A stretch of DNA of 40,595 bases from a virus, in IMG/VR virus record IMGVR_UViG_3300031162_000774, positions 1 to 40,595 of that record. One strand, given 5' to 3'. The notes under the pieces are model-generated. The model was not told the origin of the DNA. It did no database searches and was given only the letters and a program-made list of their open reading frames with translations. How positions within the stretch are numbered: the stretch's first letter is position 1; each line of letters begins with the position of its first letter. Of the stretch, positions 24,442-32,573 are shown in pieces. A program made the position numbers and the translations under genes.

Positions 24442-25078
24442 TGATATTCGCCACCTCCTTGGTGGAAAATTATTCGATGAAGAATTTGTTGAAGATAAAT
24501 CAGGTGTTAAACTTATAGAAATTATAGGTGAGTCTTTTATTTGTGATGAACCTACTATATTTGGTACAAGAAATGAAGAATATATTGCTAAAGAAATTAA
24601 GTGGTATGAGTCTCAATCATTAAATATTTATGATATGAAATGTCCTCCTAAAATTTGGTGTGATATTGCTGACAGTAATGGTTATATAAATTCAAACTAT
24701 GGTTGGATGATATTCTCAACTACTAATGGTAATCAATATAATCGTGTTCTAAATGAACTTCGTGAAAATCCAACATCAAGACGTGCTGAAATGATCTATA
24801 CAAGACCATCTATGCATACAGATTATCGTTTAGATGGTATGAGTGACTTCTGCTGCACATTAGGAGTTGATTATTTTATACGTAAAAATAAACTTCATGC
24901 AATTGTAAAGATGAGATCTAATGATGCTATTTTTGGTTTTAAAAATGATTATGCTTGGCAAAGACATATATTGTTACGTTTAGCAAATGAGCTAATGGTC
25001 GCATGTGGTGATATTATTTGGCAAGCTTCTAGCTTACATGTATATGAAAGACATTTTCATTTGGTTAAAGGAGAATAA
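24428..25078 (+). CDS. Deoxycytidylate (dCMP) 5-hydroxymethylase, T4 gp42-like
   Basis: Blocks VKLIEIIGESF, INSNYGW, NPTSRRAEMIYTRPSM, DGMSDFCCT, KMRSNDAIFGFKNDYAWQ and SSLHVYERHF are colinear with T4 gp42 as I recall it. Residues at the positions of Cys148 and Asp179 appear conserved. GTG start at 24428 with AAGGAG 6 nt upstream; the ORF-track ATG at 24338 would overlap the upstream gene by 104 nt. Confidence 0.85.
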   Translation: MYNVSDIRHLLGGKLFDEEFVEDKSGVKLIEIIGESFICDEPTIFGTRNEEYIAKEIKWYESQSLNIYDMKCPPKIWCDIADSNGYINSNYGWMIFSTTNGNQYNRVLNELRENPTSRRAEMIYTRPSMHTDYRLDGMSDFCCTLGVDYFIRKNKLHAIVKMRSNDAIFGFKNDYAWQRHILLRLANELMVACGDIIWQASSLHVYERHFHLVKGE

Positions 25079-25079
25079 A

Positions 25080-25550
25080 ATGAGTAAACAATTAAAATTT
25101 GATGCCGCTATGATGATCACTGCAGCTGCATTTGGTAAATTAAGTCACGCTAAGCGTGGCAAAGTTGGATGTGTCATAGCTAAGGATAACAGAATTATAG
25201 CTAATGGCTACAATGGAACATTACCTGGATTATCTAATGAATGTGAAGAAGAATGCCCAGATTGTCACGGTTTGGGTCTTGGCTGTAACACTTGTCAGAA
25301 TAAAGGTTATGTAACTTCTGAATTCGTTTTACATGCTGAACAAAATGCAATCTCTTATTGTGCAAGAAATGGAATACCTCTTGAAGGTACTACGTTATAT
25401 TTAACATTAAGTCCTTGTAAGACATGTGCAAAACTTATTGCTTCATGTGGTATTGAAAGAGTTGTATATGAAGATATATATCGTGACGACGGTGGTATTG
25501 AATACCTAGAAAAATGTAAAATTAAAGTGGAGAAACATAATGAAAAATAA
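25080..25550 (+). CDS. dCMP deaminase (CMP/dCMP-type zinc deaminase)
   Basis: HAEQNAI and SPCKTCAKLI catalytic zinc motifs plus GYNGTLPG. A Cys-rich insert CEEECPDCHGLGLGCNTCQNKG lies at the position of the structural second zinc site. The ATG at 25080 lies 1 nt after the upstream stop. Confidence 0.88.
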   Translation: MSKQLKFDAAMMITAAAFGKLSHAKRGKVGCVIAKDNRIIANGYNGTLPGLSNECEEECPDCHGLGLGCNTCQNKGYVTSEFVLHAEQNAISYCARNGIPLEGTTLYLTLSPCKTCAKLIASCGIERVVYEDIYRDDGGIEYLEKCKIKVEKHNEK

Positions 25551-26433
25551 AGATACAGTTTACGTGCTAAATAAAAAGCAACAACAAAAGAAAACTAAGG
25601 TTACAAAGATAGACGGTGATCAAGTATGGGTTAAATGTTCTGATAAACCATATCCAATGTCTGAAGTTATGACTGAGAAAAAAGTTGATCTAAAAGCTAA
25701 ACCTTATAACAATACTCAGTTAGATCCTGATAAAGCATTTGAACGTCATATCTTTCATCGCGATCAATTCGCTCATTACTTCAGATGGACACATGTTCTT
25801 AAGTTAGCTAAAATCGGTGGTAAAGTTTTAGACTTTGGTTCAGGTAGTGGTAATCTTGTTGAGGTCTTATATCGCAACCAGTTCAAACAATCACAATATC
25901 TAGGTCTTGAATACAAGCAAGGTACTGTTGATAAAGCAAATGAAAAATACGCTAAAGTTCCTTGGATTGATTTTAAACAAGCTGATCTTGTTAATGATGT
26001 AGATCATGGAAATGACTGGGATATTATCTGTAGTTTTGAAGTAATTGAACATGTAGGTGTTGACAATGGTAAAAAGTATCTTAAAAATCTTAGAGCTCAT
26101 TGTAACGATAATACAACGGTTCTTATATCAACTCCTGTTTATGATCATAATACTGCTGCAGCTGGTAACCATGTTGTTGACGGTGAAGTAAATGAGTATA
26201 CGTATGAAGAGATGGAGAAACTTATTACCAAATCAGGTTTTGAAATTGAACAAACTTATGGTACTTTTGCTTCAATGAAAGATTATAAATCTGAAATGAA
26301 TGAACATCAGAAGTATGTATTTGATGAGTTAAATAAATACTATGATAGTAATGTTACATCAATCTTGATGGCACCAATGTTTCCTAAGCAGTCACGTAAT
26401 GTCATTTGGAAATTAAAAAAGGCAGGTAAATAA
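25540..26433 (+). CDS. Class I SAM-dependent methyltransferase (small-molecule/UbiG-like type, not a recognisable DNA MTase), substrate unknown
   Basis: 297 aa. Motif I VLDFGSGSGNL, post-I YLGLE and IICSFEVIEHV typical of Methyltransf_11/23-like enzymes. No (D/N)PPY or PCQ DNA-MTase motif. An N-terminal extension of ~90 residues is present. Confidence 0.7.
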   Translation: MKNKDTVYVLNKKQQQKKTKVTKIDGDQVWVKCSDKPYPMSEVMTEKKVDLKAKPYNNTQLDPDKAFERHIFHRDQFAHYFRWTHVLKLAKIGGKVLDFGSGSGNLVEVLYRNQFKQSQYLGLEYKQGTVDKANEKYAKVPWIDFKQADLVNDVDHGNDWDIICSFEVIEHVGVDNGKKYLKNLRAHCNDNTTVLISTPVYDHNTAAAGNHVVDGEVNEYTYEEMEKLITKSGFEIEQTYGTFASMKDYKSEMNEHQKYVFDELNKYYDSNVTSILMAPMFPKQSRNVIWKLKKAGK

Positions 26434-26435
26434 AG

Positions 26436-26609
26436 ATGTCAAGCACAGTTACAATAACTACAAAAGATAATGATACTAAACTTGAGAATGTAAAATTCTA
26501 TGCATTTGAAAGAAACTTTGTTAATGTCGTTTTAGAAAATGGTAATAAATCATATTTTAAAACATCTACGATATTAAAATTGGAAGAGGTTAAAGATGAA
26601 AAAAACTAA
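26436..26609 (+). CDS. Small hypothetical protein, 57 aa; not in the ORF track
   Basis: My own translation: MSSTVTITTKDNDTKLENVKFYAFERNFVNVVLENGNKSYFKTSTILKLEEVKDEKN. Starts 2 nt after the MTase stop and overlaps the next gene by 14 nt. Confidence 0.4.
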   Translation: MSSTVTITTKDNDTKLENVKFYAFERNFVNVVLENGNKSYFKTSTILKLEEVKDEKN

Positions 26610-27069
26610 CAAACCAGAAAACCAATGTGCACATTTAGAAGTACCTGAAGAGAATTTCTCTTTTCAGGATATGCTAGATCTTCAACACAATTTACAAATA
26701 GACTTGGCTCAGAGATTACCTCTAAGCAATATTGATCCAACTATGATAGAAACCAAAGGAGAGTTAAAAGAATGGTTTAGAGATAACAGAGATGCTATTT
26801 CTGATGAGTTTACAGAACTTATTGAAGCTATTGGTGGTAATGACTCAGCTATTTGGAAAAAGTGGAAAGCAAATCATGCTGCTTTAGGTCAAGAAAAATG
26901 GCAAGATCTATCTGAAGATGAGATGCTTGAACTTAAATATGAAGCAATCGATATTATGCACTTTATCAATAATATTTTTATTGCTCTTAGAATGGATGCT
27001 GCTGAAATTGGTAGAATGTATGCTGCAAAGAATGCAGAAAATTTACGTAGATATAAAACACAGTATTAG
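26596..27069 (+). CDS. Dimeric dUTPase / MazG-like all-alpha dNTP pyrophosphatase (candidate dCTPase/dUTPase)
   Basis: 157 aa. SDEFTELIEAIGG...WKKWK...ELKYEAIDIMHFINNIF matches the E..E...(W)K.W...E..D..HF pattern of dimeric dUTPase / dCTP pyrophosphatase families. Confidence 0.6.
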   Translation: MKKTNKPENQCAHLEVPEENFSFQDMLDLQHNLQIDLAQRLPLSNIDPTMIETKGELKEWFRDNRDAISDEFTELIEAIGGNDSAIWKKWKANHAALGQEKWQDLSEDEMLELKYEAIDIMHFINNIFIALRMDAAEIGRMYAAKNAENLRRYKTQY

Positions 27070-27086
27070 GGGGATTATTCCCCTAA
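27066..27086. terminator. Hairpin at the convergence point of the two transcription arms (candidate bidirectional terminator)
   Basis: TTAGGGG-gattatt-CCCCTAA (7-bp stem) overlaps the stop codons of both convergent genes (TAG 27067-27069 and TAA 27075-27077 on the minus strand). No strong U-run on either side. Confidence 0.4.
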
Positions 27087-27314
27087 ACTCTTCAAACAAT
27101 GCTTAGACTCAATCTTCTTTAAAACCCAACATACCTTATTATCAAACCAATTAGCTTTATCTTCTGATTGTCTTCTATGTATATGTGAGCTTATTGTCTC
27201 ATCTTGAGAGCCATTCCACAATAATACATTAAACATCTGATCCAATACTAAAAGAAACCGCATTAAGCGACTTCTCTTTTTAACGTCATTATCAAACTTT
27301 TCATAAAGTTGCAT
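27075..27314 (-). CDS. Conserved small phage protein, function unknown
   Basis: 79 aa. LVLDQMFNVLLWNGSQDETISSH...KHC resembles a widespread small phage family (LDQ..N.L..G..DETxS...HC) that I recall but cannot name. Confidence 0.45.
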   Translation of the reverse strand: MQLYEKFDNDVKKRSRLMRFLLVLDQMFNVLLWNGSQDETISSHIHRRQSEDKANWFDNKVCWVLKKIESKHCLKSLGE

Positions 27315-27322
27315 AATCTATC

Positions 27323-27694
27323 CTATAAAAAGAATGAATTTCGCTTGGTTACAAACCATAAAGCGAACGCTTGAAAGTCTGCAGCAACTATTGGCATTAC
27401 AGTTCCATTACTAAAATGGATATTTGTGTCTGCTATACCCATTGTAAATGCCACATTAACTTGCATTAAGCCGTTCGCATCTTCTGATGTAAATGGCACC
27501 TTATAGATAGTTCCGTTTAAATCATAATCTTTACCATTAGCTTTTTGTTGTGAAAGTATTTGCTCTGGAGTTAATTCAACTTTAGTTAATAACTTCATTT
27601 CATCCTCTGTAATTGAGTTTAATTCTTCTGGTACACCATCAAAATCATCATCAAATCCGAATACCTCATTATTATTATCTTTATAGTATTTCAT
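27323..27694 (-). CDS. Tail fibre assembly / chaperone-like protein (DUF4376-like C-terminus)
   Basis: 123 aa, immediately after the fibre gene. The N-terminus MKYYKDNNNEVFGFDDD is typical of Tfa-like proteins. Confidence 0.45.
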   Translation of the reverse strand: MKYYKDNNNEVFGFDDDFDGVPEELNSITEDEMKLLTKVELTPEQILSQQKANGKDYDLNGTIYKVPFTSEDANGLMQVNVAFTMGIADTNIHFSNGTVMPIVAADFQAFALWFVTKRNSFFL

Positions 27695-27703
27695 ATTTTT
27701 TCC

Positions 27704-28528
27704 TTATCTTAATTCTAGCCACTGATTAAAGAAATCAGTTCTGTATGTACTTCCATTAAGAACAACAAACGTATTTATTAAATTACCACCACCTGCTGAA
27801 CTAGCTGTCATATTAATACCATCAATCTGAATATTTCTCACACTACCATCTGTATGTATCATTATATATATAGGTCGTCCTGTAGTGTTTGTATATGTTG
27901 TATTTATTACTCTACTACCTGTAACATCTTGCAAGGACTGCTGACTATCACTACCTAGCATTGTTTCATGTAATTTCAAAGGACTTATTGCTGTTGTATT
28001 ATCTGTTCCAGCTTGTGCTTGTATTGTTGTTGATATATCTAGTCCAGTTATATCAACCGCTTCAATTACATTTGTCCCATCACAAACTAACCATACTTTA
28101 GTGCCCACATCGACTGCAATACCAGTTCCAGCACTTGTTTTAACTGTTAATATTTGAGCTGTATCATTTTGGAATATAAATGACCTCTCACTTGTATCAA
28201 CAATGATGTTTCTAGCAGTTGTGAGTATAACACCGCTATCTGTGATAATCACTTTACCATATGTGTTCTGGTCTGCTGTTAAGCTATAGTCACTATCAAC
28301 TGTTATATTATGAGAAACTTTTTGATTTTGCCATAGACGCCTTGCTTCATTTGTGAAATAAGTAACCCATTTATAAACATTATTCATCCAATGATTAAAC
28401 GTTTCAAATGGTGGCTTCTCTGGTATTCCACCTGGTGCTAACCATCCCTCTTGCTCGTGATCCGTATCTGGTGCAACTGAGTTAACCTCTGTTTCATCCC
28501 ATACTGGTTCTGTTCCTGGTATTGCCAT
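27704..28528 (-). CDS. Tail fibre protein
   Basis: 274 aa, last large gene of the baseplate cluster. Has a conserved fibre N-terminus (GWLAPGGIPEKPPFETFNHWMNNVYKWVTYF) and a Thr/Gly/Ile-rich beta C-terminus. Confidence 0.65.
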   Translation of the reverse strand: MAIPGTEPVWDETEVNSVAPDTDHEQEGWLAPGGIPEKPPFETFNHWMNNVYKWVTYFTNEARRLWQNQKVSHNITVDSDYSLTADQNTYGKVIITDSGVILTTARNIIVDTSERSFIFQNDTAQILTVKTSAGTGIAVDVGTKVWLVCDGTNVIEAVDITGLDISTTIQAQAGTDNTTAISPLKLHETMLGSDSQQSLQDVTGSRVINTTYTNTTGRPIYIMIHTDGSVRNIQIDGINMTASSAGGGNLINTFVVLNGSTYRTDFFNQWLELR

Positions 28529-28540
28529 CTTATTTTCCTT

Positions 28541-29215
28541 TTATATAAATTTAGCGAAATTCCCACCGATATTTGCATCAGCAAGAGTTCCAAATCCTAG
28601 AGATGTATCATCAAGTGAAAATCCAAATGGGGTTTCATTATGCATGACCTTATAATCGGCTTCGTCTATTCCTATCATGACTGGTATTAATGGAAGTATA
28701 ACATCCATTTCAAATTGAGTAAGTATCTTACCAATCTCATATGTTGGTTTTGTATTAGTAATTAATATGTATCTTACTAAAATTCCATTAAACGCAAATG
28801 ATATTATATCAATAACGTCTTCATTTGTCATTGCTGTTTTATTAGCTTTAATTTTAACTCTAAGTAATGTTCTATATAAATCATCACCTATTGGTTGTGA
28901 TGCTGTACCAAGACTTACAAAGTTACCACCAAGATCTGGATCACTAAGTTTGCTAAAACCTTGAGCTGTTGGATCGTCTAAAAATCCAAAAACACCAACT
29001 AACTCAACTGGAGCTACTGGTCTTACAAGACCTACTATTTCACCAATACCATCTAACTGAACACCTTGTGCAGTATCTAAATATCTATCTGATAATAAAT
29101 CGTCTAATGATAACGATATATCTTCAAAGTCTAAAAGATGCACCGATAATAAACCTTTAAGATTTTCACTATCTGAAAATTGAAAAGCCAATCGATCAAG
29201 GTACTGTTCTATCAT
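28541..29215 (-). CDS. Baseplate protein (DUF2612 / gpI-like), follows the baseplate J gene
   Basis: 224 aa. YLDTAQGVQLDGIGEIVGLVRP matches the DUF2612 pattern as recalled. Overlaps the J gene by 4 nt. Confidence 0.5.
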   Translation of the reverse strand: MIEQYLDRLAFQFSDSENLKGLLSVHLLDFEDISLSLDDLLSDRYLDTAQGVQLDGIGEIVGLVRPVAPVELVGVFGFLDDPTAQGFSKLSDPDLGGNFVSLGTASQPIGDDLYRTLLRVKIKANKTAMTNEDVIDIISFAFNGILVRYILITNTKPTYEIGKILTQFEMDVILPLIPVMIGIDEADYKVMHNETPFGFSLDDTSLGFGTLADANIGGNFAKFI

Positions 29216-30366
29216 GATACTATCATCTCTACTCTAGTTGTATCATATTTAGATATTTCTTCTAAACCAATAGCTAAGTTTGCAGTTCCTGTTGGACTTG
29301 CTGATAATCCAATTCTAAGATCTATAGAAATAATTCCTGGAACAGTATTTATTGCTGTATAGAATTGACTTAATATAACATCATCACTTATTCCAAAATT
29401 ACTATTTCCATAATTTGCTATTGCTGCTTGAACATCTACATCACCACTTATAGAATATAGTGCTGGATCCGTTACTATAGTAACTTTAAAATATATATCT
29501 ATTTCAGCAGGTCTACTATATTTTATATCTTGAGTAAATCCTTGTGAGTCAATGATCGCTTCAGTTGAAGCTCCATGTGAAGCTATTCCTTGTGGAGTAT
29601 TTAACCATATAGTATTTGCTATTTCTTCAACATCTCCACCTTCTACAACTGTTAAAAATTGATGAGGTGGAATTCCATCAACTATTCCATCTGTACCATT
29701 TGAAATAACTAAAACATCTGTAACATTATCTAAATTTGATATTTGACCAAATAAACTATCAACTAAATTCTGCCCTAGTGCTTGAGTCGATAAAGTTCTT
29801 CTATCACGAAGTTCAGCGTCTGTCTCTTCATCTTGACCTAGTTCAGCATCATTAGAATTATTAGCAGCTTCCCATCCAAATATAGGAGTATCTATCACTG
29901 TCAATGTTCCAGCTACTGCTTCAATTGCTCCATCGTTAACTGACTCAAAAGCTATTGAAGTTGTTCCTGCGGCAATAGTTCCTTCCGTGATACTTACAAA
30001 TTGTTCTTTTGTATCTGATGTTGAAACAATAGATCCTATTGGTATGATTGTTCCATTTGCACCTGTACATGTAATTGTTGCAGTTGACTTTGTAGCCTCT
30101 TGTCTTACAATACCATTAAGTGTAACTACATTTGAAAGTTGAACACCTTGAGCAGTTGAAGGATAAAATGCATTATAGATAAATTCTGCTTGTTCCCATA
30201 AATCTGCTTCACGTTCTGAATGAATACCTATGATCTGACCAAATACACTCTGTGGAGATACATCTATATTATCTCCAAATATAAGTTTATATGAAGCTTC
30301 TAATTCACTTTTAATATCCGATAATCGTTTTCTATTAAATCCGTCTGGTGATAATCCAAAAGCCAT
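29212..30366 (-). CDS. Baseplate J-like protein
   Basis: 384 aa, between the gpW/gp25-like and gpI-like genes. The N-terminal region (RLSDIKSELEASYKLIFGDNIDVSPQSVFGQIIG) and DAELRDRR are typical of the Baseplate_J family. Confidence 0.75.
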   Translation of the reverse strand: MAFGLSPDGFNRKRLSDIKSELEASYKLIFGDNIDVSPQSVFGQIIGIHSEREADLWEQAEFIYNAFYPSTAQGVQLSNVVTLNGIVRQEATKSTATITCTGANGTIIPIGSIVSTSDTKEQFVSITEGTIAAGTTSIAFESVNDGAIEAVAGTLTVIDTPIFGWEAANNSNDAELGQDEETDAELRDRRTLSTQALGQNLVDSLFGQISNLDNVTDVLVISNGTDGIVDGIPPHQFLTVVEGGDVEEIANTIWLNTPQGIASHGASTEAIIDSQGFTQDIKYSRPAEIDIYFKVTIVTDPALYSISGDVDVQAAIANYGNSNFGISDDVILSQFYTAINTVPGIISIDLRIGLSASPTGTANLAIGLEEISKYDTTRVEMIVS

Positions 30367-30367
30367 T

Positions 30368-30727
30368 TTAAACCTCTATTATTATTTGTTCTGACATAAC
30401 TATATCATTATCTTGTTTAATTGTAAAATCAACTTGTAAACTACGTTCATCATTATCTGGAGTTAGCGTTAATGAAATAACTTCAAGTACTCCTACCGTA
30501 TTTAGAATTTCATTACGATATAATCTATATATTGTAGAAATATTTGTGCCACGTTCAAAAATAACTGTTGGATATGGTAATCCAGCAAAGGTGTCTAGAA
30601 ACCATTCATTAAGAATAAACTGTAATCTAATACGTAAAGATTGAACAATAAAATTATCATTGGTGGTCAAAACTAAGTCAGATTTATCTACAAAAATATC
30701 ATGTTCTGAATTTAGAGCAATATCCAT
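30368..30727 (-). CDS. Baseplate wedge protein (gpW / gp25 / XkdS-like)
   Basis: 119 aa. IVQSLRIRLQFILNEWFLDTFAGLPY fits the family pattern. Lies directly upstream of the J gene. Confidence 0.55.
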   Translation of the reverse strand: MDIALNSEHDIFVDKSDLVLTTNDNFIVQSLRIRLQFILNEWFLDTFAGLPYPTVIFERGTNISTIYRLYRNEILNTVGVLEVISLTLTPDNDERSLQVDFTIKQDNDIVMSEQIIIEV

Positions 30728-30770
30728 AATAAATCCTCCTTAAAAACTATGTAAGTATTATATCACAAAA

Positions 30771-31421
30771 TTATGCTAAAGGTGATGTATTACCTGAACC
30801 AGGTTGAACACCACCATGAGTATGGCCTTTAACCTCTGTTCCTGAGATTGTTAAACTACTTGCAGCTTGTATTGTAGGAGCTGTAATTTTTCCTAGAACA
30901 TCAAGATCACCTGTTACAGTTGTTTTAGCTGCAGTGATAATAACTTCACCTGATGGTTTAATTGTTATCTTAGTATCATTTGCAGTATTTCTTATTTCCA
31001 TATTTGCTGGATCAAAATCTGCAAGTACTTCTTTTTGTGAATAAAGAACAGGTACAGCATAAGCATCTGACAAATCAAATTTTCTTGTGTCATTAGGTGA
31101 CTGTATTCCACCTTGTAATAGCCAATTATCTATTGAACGTTCGATAAAATATAATGAAACCTCATCACCTGCAACAAGTGGAAACGTTATTGTAAACGCT
31201 TTTGACTTCATAAATCTAACAGGAACTTTTGCAAGTACTGGAAGGTTAATCAATTTATCTCCAACTTTCCTTTTTAGTAATGGTTGAATATCCGCTAATT
31301 GTGTTGCTGGATCAAAACTAATGATCTGACCAGGTAACTTTGTATGAACATCTTTTAATTGAGTTTGTATTGCTGTAGATATTACACTCTCAATACTTGC
31401 TCTTCTATCTCCATCACCCAT
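30771..31421 (-). CDS. Baseplate central spike (Gp138-N / gpV-like)
   Basis: 216 aa. KLPGQIISFDPATQLADIQP (Gp138 N-terminal OB pattern) and a C-terminal GHTHGGVQPGSGNTSP apex-like motif. Confidence 0.7.
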   Translation of the reverse strand: MGDGDRRASIESVISTAIQTQLKDVHTKLPGQIISFDPATQLADIQPLLKRKVGDKLINLPVLAKVPVRFMKSKAFTITFPLVAGDEVSLYFIERSIDNWLLQGGIQSPNDTRKFDLSDAYAVPVLYSQKEVLADFDPANMEIRNTANDTKITIKPSGEVIITAAKTTVTGDLDVLGKITAPTIQAASSLTISGTEVKGHTHGGVQPGSGNTSPLA

Positions 31422-32293
31422 TAGAAATTCCTTGCTTCAATTTCACTAAACCAATCATTTTCTCTAGTATCACCCACATGTGTAATTTTATCTATTCTAT
31501 ATACACCTACACCTAATGTTGGTGGAACTTTACGAAATATTAAGTTTCCAATATTAATCTTACTACTTATAGATTTGATCTCTATACGTCTTCCAAGCTT
31601 CAGTTGAGGTAATAATAACGATTTAACTTTTAAACCCACCTCTGTAAGCTCTGGACTTCCTATCATACCAGTTTCTTGAGATATAATAACAACTGGTTCA
31701 TCGTTTAATGGTTTACCCTTAACTGTTGTCTCAAGTACATCGTTATTAATTGAATAATCAAATCCACAATTCTGTGATAATTTAGTAAGCCAATCTTTAA
31801 TATTGCCTGATAGGACTAAACCTCTAAGTAATGATCTTTTTTTAGTAAGACAATCTTTAAGACCTTCAGTTACACCTTTAGTAACGCCATCCATTCCAGC
31901 AACCAGTTCATCAAGTATACTTTCAGTTGTTGCACCAGGTGGAAGAGTCTTGCTTATAGTTGATTGATTAATAGATTTTAAAGCATCACCGCAAAACAAT
32001 GTTGTGATCCAATCAGGTCCAGATTTCTCATGTGTAACATTAACAATATTTCCACTAAAGATCAATGATGTATTTCCTTGATAACCAGCGTATAAAAATA
32101 TCTTAGTAAACTCTTCTTTTATTTTATTACGGCTTGATTGTTTTAAATTATACACTTTAATATTACCCATATTTGGATAACCAACTAATGATAATTCTAT
32201 GGTAAAAGAAAATCTAAGATCTTTAATTTCAAGACCACCTGTTTCAGGATCACCAACAACAAGGCTGACTTCTCTCATAAAGAACTTAGCCAT
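31421..32293 (-). CDS. Baseplate hub protein (XkdQ / gpD-like)
   Basis: 290 aa. LEIKDLRFSFTIE...NIKVYNL...FLYAGYQGNTSLIFSGNI matches the hub-family pattern as recalled. Lies between the tape measure and spike genes. Confidence 0.5.
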   Translation of the reverse strand: MAKFFMREVSLVVGDPETGGLEIKDLRFSFTIELSLVGYPNMGNIKVYNLKQSSRNKIKEEFTKIFLYAGYQGNTSLIFSGNIVNVTHEKSGPDWITTLFCGDALKSINQSTISKTLPPGATTESILDELVAGMDGVTKGVTEGLKDCLTKKRSLLRGLVLSGNIKDWLTKLSQNCGFDYSINNDVLETTVKGKPLNDEPVVIISQETGMIGSPELTEVGLKVKSLLLPQLKLGRRIEIKSISSKINIGNLIFRKVPPTLGVGVYRIDKITHVGDTRENDWFSEIEARNF

Positions 32294-32573
32294 TGTTTTT
32301 CTCTAAAATTTCTAATTCAAATTCATTAAGATTATTACGGCTAGGATCATTTAATCTCTCACTTCTTAAATCAAATGGAATATCTGGATGCATTTCTAAT
32401 AAGTTAGTTTTTGCAAGTAATTTCACACCATATATATAAGGTGTTCCAGTTATATTTACAATATCTAATGTCCAAAATCCTAACGTACTCCATTTTTGTT
32501 TAAATTTATAAACCTCACCATTAACATTATAGTTAAAGCTTTCTGATGGATTAGTTGTAAGTGGTAAAATCAT
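32286..32573 (-). CDS. Small tail/baseplate protein
   Basis: 95 aa, overlapping both neighbours within the tail operon. Confidence 0.4.
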   Translation of the reverse strand: MILPLTTNPSESFNYNVNGEVYKFKQKWSTLGFWTLDIVNITGTPYIYGVKLLAKTNLLEMHPDIPFDLRSERLNDPSRNNLNEFELEILEKNNG

